A stretch of DNA of 64,000 nucleotides, taken from NCBI RefSeq assembly GCF_006345805.1, contig NC_043002.1, forward strand, positions 73,036,001 to 73,100,000, written 5' to 3'. The DNA comes from Octopus sinensis (lineage: Eukaryota). The position numbers were made by a program, and so were the translations under genes. Positions 25,648 to 38,865 of the stretch are shown here, one piece after another (positions within the stretch are counted from its first letter, which is position 1; the number at the start of each line of letters is the position of its first letter). Below the pieces are notes generated by a model that was not told the DNA's origin, ran no database searches, and was given only the letters and a program-made list of their open reading frames with translations.

Positions 25648-25765
25648 GTCATGATGCAAGTTTTGAAAAGAGCACAGGAATACATAGCCGAGAATGACTG
25701 CCATTTAAGCGATGTCATTTTTCATGTGATGTAGTGGTGTTGCAAAATTCGCCTTGTGCATATTA
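25648..25765 (+). mobile_element. C-terminal fragment of DD41D transposase
   Basis: VMMQVLKRAQEYIAENDCHLSDVIFH; reverse complement of about 26735-26830. Confidence 0.65.
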
Positions 25766-26204
25766 TAGACACACACTCACACACACACACACACACACAC
25801 GCATACATTTGTCTTCATGTATAATTTTAGCATGGTATTCAGCCTCTCTCTTACGGTTTATTTTTGTACTCTGGCCAAATTTGATTCAGGCAAATCAGTG
25901 TGTGAGATAGGGTTACACACTTGGGCATCGATATTCTGTGATATGTTATACGATATGGTTACAAAATTTTTTGTGAGCTTTTACTATCTTTTTATGTATG
26001 ATTGCCTTTTAGTATATAACACAGGTAGGTGTAATGTTTCTTGTAATCAGAGGTGGCTATGAAAATATGTTGCTTTCTGGTTACAATGTGTTCATTATCG
26101 AGAAGGTTGTATTAGTGAAGTGAGTCTATATCAATACCATAATAGTCGTAGAAACAGTATTCTTATCATGGGTACTTCATGCCTTACTTTGTGTGTGTAG
26201 ATTT

Positions 26205-26578
26205 AGGTGCAGGTATAGCTGTGCAGGTGAGAATTTTGCTTCCCAACCATGCGATTTAGGTTCAGTTCCACTGCACCTTGGGCAAATGTTTTCTATTATG
26301 GCAACACATAACGCCTATCAAAGCCTTGTGAGTGGATTTGGTCAATGGAAAGTGAAGAAATATGCATGGTATATATATTTGTGTGTGTGTGTTGGTGTGT
26401 GTGTGTGCGCGCATGTGCTGGTGCCATGTAAAAAGCATTCAGTCCACTCTGTGATGAGGTTAGTATTAGAAAGGGCTTCCAGCTATAGAGATCATACCAA
26501 AGCAGACAGTGTAGCTTGGTGCAGACCTCTAGCTTATCAGCTCCAGTGAAACCATCCAACCCATGCCAGCCAACATGC

Positions 26579-26616
<38 letters not shown>

Positions 26617-26620
26617 GTGA
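26205..26620 (+). mobile_element. SINE with family A head and family E tail
   Basis: A head to TG tract, then GGTGCCATGTAAAAAGCA...AAGGGCTTCCAGCT...(GAT)n. Confidence 0.75.
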
Positions 26621-26626
26621 TATATA

Positions 26627-27180
26627 CAGGGTGTCCTAAAAGTCACTGATGGGTTTCAATTTTTAATAACTCCCTTAACTTTACAAATAAATGTATGAAC
26701 TTTTGATACAATATAAAGGACATAATGGAAATTGATATGCATAAGTCAAATTTTGCAACACTAGTACATCACATATGAAAAATGACATCGCTTAAATGTC
26801 AGTCATGGTCTTTCCAAAACCTGTGTCACAACACTCTCAAGAGTTTCAGACCCCACTTCTCTGATTTCTCTATTGATGTTCTCCTTCAGTTGCACCAGGG
26901 TCTCTTTTAGGTATCCCCACATGAAAAAATCTGGGCTAGTCAAATCTGAGGAATGTGAAGGCCATTCAAAGTAGAACTCAAACATAGTTCCAGCATGATG
27001 GGGCAACTGCTCATACCGCAAGAGAAACAATGGAGTTGCTATGGCAGTGCTTTGGGGAGAGAATAATCTCCCACTACACCAATGTCAACTGGCCTTCACG
27101 TTCCCCAGAATTTACTAGCCCGAATTTACTTGTGGGGATACCTGAAAGAGAGGATTTACGTCAACAAACTGGAGACCCTA
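26627..27180. mobile_element. Rearranged Tc1/mariner DD41D (rosa/VS-like) fragments
   Basis: TA|CAGGGTGTCC terminus; minus strand WPSHSSDLTSPDFFMWGYLKE; plus strand FQHDGATAHT...WPSRSPEFTSP(N) with 41 residues from D to the third catalytic position. Confidence 0.8.
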
Positions 27181-27209
27181 TTCAAACAATTACAGTACAT
27201 TATTGGGAT

Positions 27210-28040
27210 TAAGTATATTACTATTCATAAGTGATGGGAGGCAGGAGGCTGAATTGGATGCTCTCTAATTGTGGATGCTGGCACAGTAATGTTCCAGCTT
27301 CATTATTGTGGTGCCAGAATTGGATGCTAGGATTGTGGGTGTCAACTTCAACATTTGATTCTCAGAAGAGAAGTTATTAAAAAAAAAAAGCCAAACTTGC
27401 TATTTTCAATTTGGTTAGTGTGCCTATCCTCACTTATGGTCATGAATATTTGATGATGATTCAAAGAGCAGGTTTCTAATACAAGCAGCTGAAAAGGGGT
27501 TCCTCTGAAGAATCTTTGGAGTAACATTACTTGACAGGGTGCATAGCCTGAAGAACAGGGGAGTTTCTCCAGGTCAAGCCACTATTTCTCCACATTGAGA
27601 AGTAATAACTCTGGTACTACAGATACATGGTTAGAATGTTGTAGGAAAGGATCGTAAGATGGTTTCTTCAAGCTGAGCCAACCAGCAAGAGACCTAGATG
27701 TAGATCAAGAATGCGATGGTTGGATAATATCCATAGTCTCTTTTGGTCATGCTTGAGAATCCAGCAGGAAATTGTAATAATGGTTGCTCCAGATAGGACC
27801 CTATGAAAGAAGTGCTGAGCAGGGGTATAGCTGGGGTAAATGGCGTCCAGGGCAAGCATCAAAATTGTGCCACCTCCAATCAAAAAGTAGAAGCTTGCAA
27901 AGAAAAAATGAATAATCTTGGCCAAAATTGTGCCCTCCCTCAAAGTGGCACCCATGGCATGTACCGTGCTTTTCCCACCCTAGCTACACCCCTGGTGCTG
28001 AGGACTGTACCATTATGGACCTCCCAGGAACAAAGGGCAG
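27210..28040 (+). mobile_element. RTE LINE (Rex3/Expander-like) 3' fragment
   Basis: KAKLAIFNLVSVPILTYGHE...IQAAEKGFL*RIFGVTLLDRVHS...KRPRCRSRMRWLDNI, ending in ATGG repeats; stops and frameshifts. Confidence 0.85.
27820..27994. mobile_element. hAT MITE nested in the RTE
   Basis: Perfect 8-bp TSD GTGCTGAG (27812-27819 / 27995-28002); TIRs CAGGGGTATAGCT / CAGGGGTGTAGCT. Confidence 0.9.
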
Positions 28041-28792
28041 CAAAAATGAATGGATGGAGTATGTTAACTAAAGAGAATAAGGAAAACCAGCTGTGGTAGG
28101 ATTTGAACACAGAACAGTGAGGCAATGATTTTGAAGATATAAAGTACATAGATTGACTCTGCTGTATTAGATATGACTGTTGGGTCCCCTTTTTTGCCTG
28201 TTTCTTTTTTTAATATGTCAGCTACATATAAATCATACATATCAGCTAATGTAAATATAAATATTGTACACACAGTATATATAATATATATATACACACA
28301 CTCTGTATTAAGACAAACTGACTGTTGCTGAATTCCACACTCATATGACCTTGGTCAGTATGGAAATACAGACTGAGGTGATGATGTTACACAGAGAGAG
28401 AGAGGACGAGGGATTTGGCGGATGACACCCCCCCTAACACATGTACAGACATTTATGGATGTGCGTGTGTGGGTGGGTGTGTGCATGCGTGCACAAATGC
28501 ACATAAATTCAAATGTTACAGTTTATACACAACAGAGGATGGGAGTAATCAATATATGGTGTAAATATTGTTTATTTAAACTGAGTTCTTTTTCTCCCGT
28601 GACATAAATATCTGCTATAGCAACATGAGTTCTACAGACATAAATGAATGTGTGTGTATGTGTGTGTGTGTGTGTGTGTGTGTCTGCACATGTGTGTGTG
28701 TGCACATGTGTGTGTGTGTTTGTATATCCATGACAGTATGATTAGTTCTGTGTGGGTGTGTATTGGTATGTGTGTATGTATGAGTATGTGGG

Positions 28793-28828
<36 letters not shown>

Positions 28829-28941
28829 ATACAGATATAGATACAGATATATATGTAGGTTAAATAGGTAATTATATTTACATCTGTTTTGTGTAATATG
28901 TTGGGCAATTATACTCATATTGCACTGGCATTAATGTTATG

Positions 28942-28972
<31 letters not shown>

Positions 28973-29321
28973 AATGTGCATGCATGTATCAAAAAAACAA
29001 CTGTGGTTGTCACTTGAAATCAAGGATAACTTGTTAGCATATTCTGTGATTTTACTAATTGGTTTAGGTTCCCGTATTTCTAGGATCAGACATTGAAGGG
29101 CTCTCAGTTTTCCCACTCATAATGCAACAGAACATCCCAGAAGTTGAAAGAGGGGGCAATATCAACACTTGTCTAGAATAGACTGGAATAACAAGATAAT
29201 GTGCTTTGTTCAAGGGCACACAGTGCCATGTGGTTCAGGAATCAAGTCTGTGACTTTATGATCATGAGCCCAACCTCCCAACCACTAGGCCATATATCTT
29301 CACATTTGTGTTTGTCATGTC

Positions 29322-29354
<33 letters not shown>

Positions 29355-29590
29355 ATGTCTGTTTTCCATGCTGGTATGGGTTAGATGGTTTGGCATGAAA
29401 TGGCCCTGCTGTCTGCTTTGGCATAGTTTCCACAGCTGGATGGATGCCCTTCCTAATGCCAACCACTTTACAGAACATACTGGGCGCTTTTCTATGTGGT
29501 ACTAGCATCAGCAGTTTGGTCATCAAATGACTTGCAAGACAAAGCTCCCTCAACTGATTGGGGGTGCAGTATTGAGGGATAGGAAAAGGA
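29322..29590 (-). mobile_element. SINE family E-related
   Basis: (CAT)n, TTCCATGCTGG, GGATGCCCTTCCTAATGCCAACCAC. Confidence 0.7.
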
Positions 29591-30190
29591 GTTTTGCAAT
29601 AGAGGGGAAACATGGCCATCTCAGGTGGCATATGTGTGTGAGAGAGAGAGAGAGACAGAGAAAGAACAAGAAAAGATGATAAAGATGTGGCAGGAGGAGA
29701 GTGAGTGGTGAAACCCTGATTTCAATGACTCCTAGTGTTCTTTCTAAAACTACCCATTAACTAATTAAGATAAATGCTTTTTTTATTAAAATTTTCTTTC
29801 TGAAATTCATTTTTCAAAAGTTCAATCCCAATACCAAGTCTTCATTCATAGTCCACCAAAGCTTGAATCCAATATTTTTATAAGATCTGTCTTTTGCAAT
29901 ATGTCACTCTTTAGATTTCTGTAGAAATTCTTAGAAGATTCTAAAATCTTTTTATTTTTTATTTTATTATATATATATATTTTTTTCACACATTACCATT
30001 TCTCCACCTGTGTAACCTGTTATTTCCACTAAAGTTGTTTTCACTGCCCTCCATGATCATACCTATTTATGCTTCAAAAACTACAATACCAAAAAAAGCT
30101 CAAACAAGGAACTTCAAAATAATGTGACTCATGCAGTCTCAAACTCAACTAAATAAAATGCATATCATCATCATCATCATCATCTATGTG

Positions 30191-30223
<33 letters not shown>

Positions 30224-30326
30224 ATATGTATATATATATATGTATGTATGTATGTGTATATATATATATATATACACTGAGAGACTCACATACATAAATA
30301 CAAACACACATACATATACACATGCA

Positions 30327-30372
<46 letters not shown>

Positions 30373-30381
30373 GTATATATA

Positions 30382-30427
<46 letters not shown>

Positions 30428-30854
30428 TTCTATATACACACATATATGCATGCATACATACATACATAGCTGTGTAGGAGGTGGGGTTGGGGCGTGTATA
30501 CATACATTCTCTCTAATAAAATTTATATGGTTTTGAGGCATTTTATATTAAATTTTTGGAAATTCACATCTGGTACTTATTCAATTATCACTCCAACCCA
30601 CCAGGTTTCGTTCATTCCTTTCAACTGATATATAAAACCTGTATTCTTCCTATCCAACATATTTATATATACATCCTGGAAGGTGTTCCTTAAATATTTC
30701 GTTCCTAAAAATAATTACGCAATGAAAAGATCAAGACTACCAAGTCTAAAAGGTTTAGGATCTTGTGTTTTTTTTTGCTTAGATATCTATGGAGCATCAG
30801 TGAAATTATACTTGTGTTTTATGAATTTTATATTTTGTAGATGTTACTTAGGAA

Positions 30855-30855
30855 T

Positions 30856-30893
<38 letters not shown>

Positions 30894-31098
30894 TGTTGTT
30901 GTTGTTGTTGTTGTTGCTGCTGTTGGTCTGTTGTTTTTGGCGATGGTGGTGGTGGTGGTTTTGGTGGCAGTAGTAGTGGCAGTGGTGGTGATGGTGCTAC
31001 TGTTGTTGCTGTTGTTGATACTGCTGTTGCTATTGTTGTTACAGCTGTTATTGTTGTCGTTGTTGCTGCTGTTGTTGTTCTTTGCTGCTGTTATTGTT
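30855..31098. repeat. Compound (GTA)n/(GTT)n/(GTG)n/(CTG)n tract
   Basis: Seen directly; explains the poly-V/L ORF. Confidence 0.9.
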
Positions 31099-31165
31099 TA
31101 GCTCCAGCTGAGCCCAGATTAAACAGAGCCATAATCACAAGCTTTCCAACCTTGACCTTCTTACC

Positions 31166-31514
31166 CAATGGCTCTCAACTGGGGTCCATTAGGCCCCTGA
31201 AGGTCTGAATAAGATTTTTGGGGGCCCACACAACAAAATAGTAAATTGGAGACTCACAATAGTATTTTAAGGGCCCCTGAAAAAATTTTGCCTTCAGTGC
31301 ATTTATTGGTATGTATTGCAAGAAACAGCCGGGTTTTTTCCTCTAACATTTTACATAGTTTAACCTACAAAGGTTAATGTGTGACAAACAAAATAAGAAT
31401 TTTGAAAGAAGTTTCTATAAAACTAATTTTTAAATATCAAATGGCTATGAGAGTCCTCCGGAATAAACTAGTAATCGAAGGTGTCCATAGACAAAAAATG
31501 GTTGAGAACTCCTC
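31166..31514. mobile_element. hAT-like MITE
   Basis: CAATGGCTCTCAAC / GTTGAGAACTCCTC ends and subterminal GGGGTCC motifs; TSD is poor. Confidence 0.55.
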
Positions 31515-31993
31515 TTCTAGTCTTTTTTTCTTATATACAGGCACATCCAGGTCTTCTTTATCTAATGTGGATTTTTCTAAATCAGTACAGTGTGATCTGA
31601 GGAGAACCTGGCTCTTATTTCAAGCAAATTGGGTAACCACAGAGTAGCTACCCTGCTGGTTCATATAACTCAATTACTAGGAGAGGGAATATTCTTATGT
31701 GTATGCTATTGGATAATGAAGAATACTTAGATGGTACTTTTAAAAGGATTCTACTTACCCGTAACCAAAATTAGGAATTTTGAAGTGGAATGTATACTCT
31801 GTAAGGATATTCAAGAATTCTCTTTATTTTGTAATTTGGAAGGCTAACAAACTTTAGAACTGGCAGATCTTTTTCCTTAACACTATCAGTTTCCTAAAAG
31901 ACCTTTTAACATGTGAAAACCTTTGATGATCTCTTTCTCCGCTCTCCCCTCATTCTCTCTTACTCATGTTTTCTTCCTTTCTCTGCTTGAATT

Positions 31994-31994
<1 letters not shown>

Positions 31995-32079
<85 letters not shown>

Positions 32080-32127
32080 CGTCCGTCCGTCCGTCCGTCC
32101 GTCCGTCCGTCCGTCCGTCCGTCTGTC
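31995..32127. repeat. (CTGT)n/(CCGT)n tetranucleotide microsatellite
   Basis: Seen directly. Confidence 0.95.
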
Positions 32128-32236
32128 TATGCTGTGTGTATGTGAATGGATATGAGTGGTATGTGTGATGTATGTGTATATCAATATCATACGCATGAAT
32201 ATGTGTATGGCCCTTATACACGTGTTGCTATCTATC

Positions 32237-32270
<34 letters not shown>

Positions 32271-32776
32271 TGCACACTTCTTCATCCACCCATCCATCCA
32301 TCCATCCATCCATACTTACATACACACATACATACATACATACATACATACATACATACATACATACATACATACGTACGTACATACGTCAATCCAACTC
32401 ATATTTATTCTTTTTTTAAAAACTTCATAATAAATGTCAGCTTCATTGTTTTACATCCACTTTTCCATACTGGCATGAATGGATTGGATGGACTTTCTGA
32501 TGCAGTGTTTTGTATCCAGATCTCTTTCCTGTCATCAACTCCTTTTGTTACCTTTTACAACCCAGAAATGCAATGTATCTATTCTAAAACCGAGATACAC
32601 ATGGTATTAATATGTGCCAGTTCACAGGCCATGAAATATTGGGGCATCCATATTGAATAGTTGCTCTCCTTTACCTTTGGCCTCAATCTTGCACATATTT
32701 TTGTTTCTTTCTTAGTTATGGTAGATAGAACTCATTAACTAATTACTTCTACTATATCAATATGTAGCACTAATAA

Positions 32777-33023
32777 TGATCCTACCTGAGTCATATAGAT
32801 ACATAAGGCTGGTTTTGTGGTTTCCGTGGTGTATATATTCACCCACTGGATGGGATGCCAGTCCATCACAGAATTACTCTCTTTTGCCAGCTGAGTGAAC
32901 TGGGGCAATGTGAAATGAAGTGCTTTGCTCAAGAACATACCACATCACTCAGCCAAGAAATTGAAACCACAATCTTATGATCATGAGTCCAGCACCTCTA
33001 TCCACTAAGCCACGTTACCTTCA
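32777..33023 (-). mobile_element. SINE family C, full length
   Basis: TSD CAATATGTAGCACTAATAA (32758-32776 / 33024-33042); tRNA-like head. Confidence 0.9.
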
Positions 33024-34092
33024 CAATATGTAGCACTAATAAGGATATGTGTTATATAAAATAATGATATATGTGATGTAAAAATAATTCTTTTTAATTT
33101 TGGTATGATGCCAGCAATTTTGAGAGGAGGGGAAGTTGATTACTTTGACCCCAGTGCTCAACAGGTTATCAAAGCACAAAGTAGAAGTTGGCAGCATTTG
33201 AACTCAGAATGTAAAGAGCCAGAGGAAATGTTACTAAATATTTTCCCCAGTACAGTAACAATTGTCAGCTTGCTGCCTTGTTATGTATAAATAATGGCTG
33301 TGAAGAAAAAGGAAAATTTTCACTGTTTAGGTTTCAGGACTTTTCTCGGGGTAGAGAAGAGGATAAAAATTGAGGAAAATCCATGTGCTTGTTATACAGG
33401 AACCATAGTTGGAATGGAGGAAGGAAATAGCTAGGTAAGAATGTTGTGTCTGAGGAGACTGGAAACGGATGACTGTAATGTGTTTACCATTTATTATTTC
33501 TTATAGTTTTAGTAAATGTTTAACAGAAAATGAAAGGCCTTGATATGTGTTCTTTAGTTCTTTGGTTTGTTTTAGCCATCATGGCTAAGGTCATGCTGGA
33601 GCCATCCACCTTTAATCTGTATGTGTGTGTGTGTGTGTTATAAATCTATATTTTGCTATGCTATGTACTCTTCCTTTTTTTATGAAGCTAAATATGAACA
33701 CACCAGTTAAAGTTAAATACAATTCCAGTTTGTTATTATAACAACCATATACATTGATCCATGTTCTTAGTAACATATGTGTGTAACAACCACACACACA
33801 AGTTACACTTCATTCACACATGTGTTGAAGGATCGTACACACATTATATACTCTAATCTCTGTCTCACTTCTTCTCTCACACATCCACACATATGTGCAT
33901 ATATAATGACCATACACACACACACATTATCTTTCTCACACACATACAGGCATCATCACATACATACATGTATATTGGCCACACACATTAAACATTATAC
34001 ATTCCACTTGCATGCACACATAACACAGCATGTATGCCACACACACAACACAGCATGCAGCTACTTGCACGCTCACACACACACACACACGC

Positions 34093-34129
<37 letters not shown>

Positions 34130-34593
34130 GTTAGTGTTAGTAACATCTCCAATGGACACAGTGTTTGCACTTTAATAAGGAGGGCACTGACATTGATAAG
34201 TGAATAACACAAGTATTGTCTTATCGGTGCTAATTCTTCCTTATTGAGGACCTGGAGATGGGGTGTGCAGTCTGTGTACTTATGAATGATTGGGGTCTCT
34301 TATGAATATGCAAAAACTGAAATCAACAAAAATTATAAATAAATAAACTGTGTATGTTTGTTATGTTTAAATCTGTCCAGAAAGATAATGTATTTCCCTT
34401 CATTACACCAATCTAGACAGTTTCTATTGAGATGCTATATTGTTCCCTCCTCTCTTGCCACTCTCCCACTGTGGTTTTGTCTGTGTAGTGCTGGTGCCAT
34501 ACAAAAAGCACTGATGCTGGTTCCATATAAAAAGCATTGGTGCTGGTGCCACATAGAAAGCACCCAGTGCACTCTGCAAAGTGGTTGGCATTT

Positions 34594-36010
34594 GTCCATG
34601 ATGAAAAATACTCCTCCACTACAGTTCTGACCTTGTCTACAGAGTTCATATTTTTTCTGTCCAAATGATTTTGAAGACTGTGAAATGAATCATCATCATC
34701 ACCATCAACAACAAACATCCATTGTCCATGCTGGCATGGGTTGGATGGTTTGACTTGGCTGGTACGCTGGCGGGCTGCACCAGACTCCAGTCTGATTTGG
34801 TATGGTTTTCTATGGTTGGATGCCCTTCCTAACACCAACCACTCTGAGAGTGTAATGAATGCTTTTGTGTGCCACTGGCACGAGTGCCATTTGCATGACA
34901 CCGGGATGCATTTATGTGCCAATTTATGTGACACCAGTATCTGCCATGACTGAGTTTGCTCAGCTTGATGGGTCTTCCTCTCAAGCATGACATAATGCCA
35001 AAGGTCTTGGTCATTGCCTCCGTGAGACCCAACCTTTGAAAGAAGCAATGTCCGGAAAATATGGTGTGTGGGGTATTGTTTCCCATTCAAACTGTTCCAG
35101 CCTTTGGAATGTCATCCTCACTGTATGTGGCTGAGAGGTATCCTGATGGAAGAACACCTTTTGTCTTGAAACCAAAGATGGTAATTTTTTTTCTAGCACT
35201 GACTTAAGCTTTTCAAGCTGCCTGCAGTAGCTCTCCTTTGTTATCATTTGGTTTCGGTTTGGAAGTTCTAAGTGGACTAAACCTTTCATATCCCAACAAA
35301 CAGATAACAACACCTTACATGGGTGGAGACCTTCTTTAGCCTGGCGTGCCCGTGTTTCTCCTTTCCCTACCCACTGTCTTCAGCACTTGATATTTTTATA
35401 GAGGACCCATTTCTCATCACCAGTCACTATTCAGTCCAAAAAAGGTTCATTCATGAGACTTGACAGCAAAGAAGAGCACACATCCATCTCTGTGTGTGAT
35501 TACACTCGGAAAGATTGTGAGGAATCCACTGACCCAATTTACTGACTTTTCCGATGGCATGCAGGTGTCAATGAACAGTTGAATGACCAAATCTAAGCTT
35601 CTCTGCTAGTTCTTCAACAGTTACAATGGGATTTTGTTCTACCTGGATTTGCAGGACATACTTATCGAGCTCTACAGTTCTTCCAGAATGAGTCTCGTCT
35701 TCTAGGCTGTAGTTTCCAGCTCAGAATTTCTGGAACCACCATTGACACTGGTTTACACTTATTATCTGATTCCCATATACTGCATTAATATTCCCTGCAT
35801 TTTCAATTGCATTGTTGTCTTTACTGAACTCATAAAGCAAAATTTGCTGAATATGCTCCTTTGTCAATTCCATTATAGCTTTGAAAGAACAACTGTTAAA
35901 ATCGAACTGCACTCTTCAAAATTTGCACCAAGAATAAGCACACGGTAAAATTACTACCTGCTTTTAGTTCATGCAATTGAATAAACTGCATTATTTATGG
36001 GATGACCCAA
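34594..36010 (-). mobile_element. Decayed mariner (DD34D) transposon interrupted by a SINE
   Basis: TA|TTGGGTCATCCCATAAATAA terminus; MELTKEHIQQILLYEF...WFQKF, IVTGDEKWVL, HQDTSQPH, PHTPYFPDIAS, resuming as FHSLQNHL after the insertion. Confidence 0.9.
34688..35032 (-). mobile_element. SINE family E inserted in mariner
   Basis: E tail motifs sit at the position of the third catalytic Asp. Confidence 0.8.
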
Positions 36011-36183
36011 TATTTTTCTATCAAGCCAATGAGGGTGCCTGCCTTTACATGGTCATCCAATCAGCTAGAAACAACAATCAAACATCATTCAACTTATATC
36101 CTTACTGTCTTATTATAATCACAATTAGGACACAGCTAAGCAATAACAACAACAAGGACATCAACAACATGTACAGGTTATGT

Positions 36184-36231
<48 letters not shown>

Positions 36232-36812
36232 AATAGTGGATCTCAATTTAGATTAAATTTGCTAATCTTGATTCTAGATTCAAAAATTTCTTTAAATAGC
36301 ATTAATTTTGCTTCTTTCTTTTTAGTTTTCCTTATTTCTAATTTCACTGGAACCTATCAGTTTTGGTTAATTTGATCTCGTTGCAATATCGCCTATGAGA
36401 TATTCTGATTTATTCACAGAAGACTGAGCAAATAGTTACCATGGTAAATATAACTTTCAGCTCCATAGATTTCATTATCAAATGTTTGATCATTCTCTGA
36501 ACCATGAGAGTGAATATAGCCTGAGGATTGACATGCTTAGAACAGTGAAAATGTCAGCAGAAATGATGTCATTAATAACTGCAAAATTCTTCAACAGTAA
36601 AAACAACTGGCATTGGTAAAAATACTGATGTTATTTCTGCTAAAGTAATTTGAGATTGTGAAAGATTCTTTAATAATTGGTGAGATTCTGAAGAGTGAAT
36701 AGGTTATTTTGAACGACAAAAGTTAACAGGGATACTTGTCAAATTAGAAGAATACTAACCAAGGAAAAAAAAAGAAAGGAAGAAGAGATTTGGGTATGCA
36801 GTGACTGTATGT

Positions 36813-37205
36813 AGGTGCAGGTATGGGTGTGTGGTTAAGAGGCTTGTTTTGCAACCATGTGGTCTCGGGTTCAGTCTCATTGCACAGAACCTTGGGTAAG
36901 TGTCTTCTATTACAGCTCCAAGCCAAACTGTGTCTTGTGAGTGAATTTGGTAGACAGAAACTGTCAGGAAGACTGTTGTATGTGTGTGTGTATTTGTCTT
37001 CACCACTACTTGATAACCAGTATTGGTTTGTTTACATCCCCATAAGTTAGCAGTTTCACAGGGGAATAATTGAATAAGTACCAGATTTAAAAATACAAAA
37101 AATGTGTACTGGGGTTGATTTGTTCAACTAAACCCTTTAAGACAGTGCCCCCTCCCCCGGCATGGCTGCAGTCCAGTGACTGAAACAAGTAAAAGATAAA
37201 AGATA
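36813..37205 (+). mobile_element. SINE family A (older subfamily)
   Basis: All modules present but diverged. Confidence 0.8.
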
Positions 37206-37226
37206 TCTCATTCCTACCCTCCCTTC

Positions 37227-37261
<35 letters not shown>

Positions 37262-37740
37262 TATTTCTGTTTCTGTCTCTCTCTCTCTCTTTCTCGCTAT
37301 ACATACTTATATCAATAGATAGATTGCTGCAGATATAGAGTGAAAGACTGGTAGGTTGAAGAGTAGGGGTCGGTTGTGCTGATGTTATATTTAGATGGAT
37401 GATTGCAAGGAACTGGGAGGTGAAAATGCTGGAAACTGAGAAAGATAGTAGTTAGAATTTAGAAATGGGGATTGCTGGGATTGGCATGGTGAAGAAGAAG
37501 GATTTGAGTCAGTACTGGAATTGGCAAGGCAAAAAAAGCAACAAAAAAAAAAAAATTAAGAAAAAAAGGAAACCATCCTCTAGACTATATAGTAATTATC
37601 TGCAAGAATCAAATAACAGTTTTACTGCCTTCTGATGAAAATAAGACCATATTTGTGGATAGCTTATTTGTAGAGATAATTTATAATTAATTAATTGATT
37701 AGAAAATACATATGTGTGTGTGTGTGTGTGTACACCCGTC

Positions 37741-38010
37741 TTTTATTGCTATTTTCTACTTCTTTCTGTCATTCGACTGCAACCATGCTGGAGCTTTATT
37801 TTGAAGTGTTTTAGTTGAATAGATTAACCCCAGTATTTATTTTACTTTTAAAAATCTTCTATTTATTCTGTCAGTCTTTTTTTGTCCGGCTGCTAAGTTA
37901 CAGGGACATAAGCAAACCTACACTGGTTGTCAAGCAGTAGGGGCAGGCAAACACAGACACAAAAGTATACACAGATACATACATAAACACACACACACAC
38001 ACACACACTG
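37741..38010 (-). mobile_element. SINE family A, 3' half
   Basis: Tail homology ending at (CA)n. Confidence 0.7.
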
Positions 38011-38190
38011 CATATGAATACAGTTATATACATAGCTGTCTTGAAACAGCTGTTGAGATAAGACTTTACATAATTCTTCTGTTCTTTTGTTATCTTTTTT
38101 TTTATTTATTCAGTAATCTATATTTTTCCATGCTCCATATAAATATACCTCAAGCCTACTGGTGTTTATCTACTTTACTCTCTCTCTCTA

Positions 38191-38407
38191 CGAGGGGTTG
38201 CTAAAAAGTTCCTGGCTTTAAGGGTATCCATGATAGGTCTGGTTGGAGACCTAGCCTTCCAAGCTCTTTTGCAGGCATTAAGAAAACTGAAGGGCCACTG
38301 CAACAAGCGTGTGAATCAGAGAGGGAAATATGTTGAACAAAGTCATAATTAACTGATCTTCCTGTATTTTCTTTTACCCAAAGCCAGGAACGTTTCAGCA
38401 CCCCTCA
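38191..38407 (+). mobile_element. mariner-derived MITE
   Basis: TA|CGAGGGGTTGCTAAAAAGTTCCTGGCTTT / TGAGGGGTGCTGAAACGTTCCTGGCTTT TIRs; retains C-terminal remnant GIKKLKGHCNKRVNQRGKYVE. Confidence 0.85.
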
Positions 38408-38865
38408 TCATCATCATCATCATAATTATTATCCTTGTTTAACATCCGCTTTCTATGCTGGCATGGGTTGAATGGTTTGACTAAGGACTGGCAAACCAGG
38501 AGGCTGCACCAAGTTCCAGTTTGATCTGGCAAGGTGTCTACAGCTAGATGCCCTTCCTAATGCCAACCACTCCGAGAGTAGGGGGTGCTTTTTACATGCC
38601 CCCAGCACAGGGGCCAGTCAGGCGACTCAGGAGTCAGTCAGGCAGCACTGGCATCGACCACACTTGAACGGTGCTTTTTATGTGCCACTGGCACAGGAGT
38701 CAGTCAGGTGGCACTGGCATTGACAAACTTCCACACAGTTTCCATCTACGAAATTCCCCCACAAAATATTCGTCAGTCTGGGGTGCCCCTATGTGCAGTG
38801 GGACTGAATCCAAAGCTACTTGGTGCAAAGTAAACTTCTTAACCACACAACCATGGTTGTGCCTA
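38408..38865 (-). mobile_element. SINE with family A head and family E tail
   Basis: E tail 38408-38720 joined to A head 38725-38865. Confidence 0.75.

Noticed and set aside
30841-31101. Hydrophobic membrane-like ORF
   Set aside because: (GTA/GTT/CTG)n repeat translation
34413-35090. 225-aa ORF
   Set aside because: Chance read-through across mariner pieces and SINE E; only a short segment is transposase
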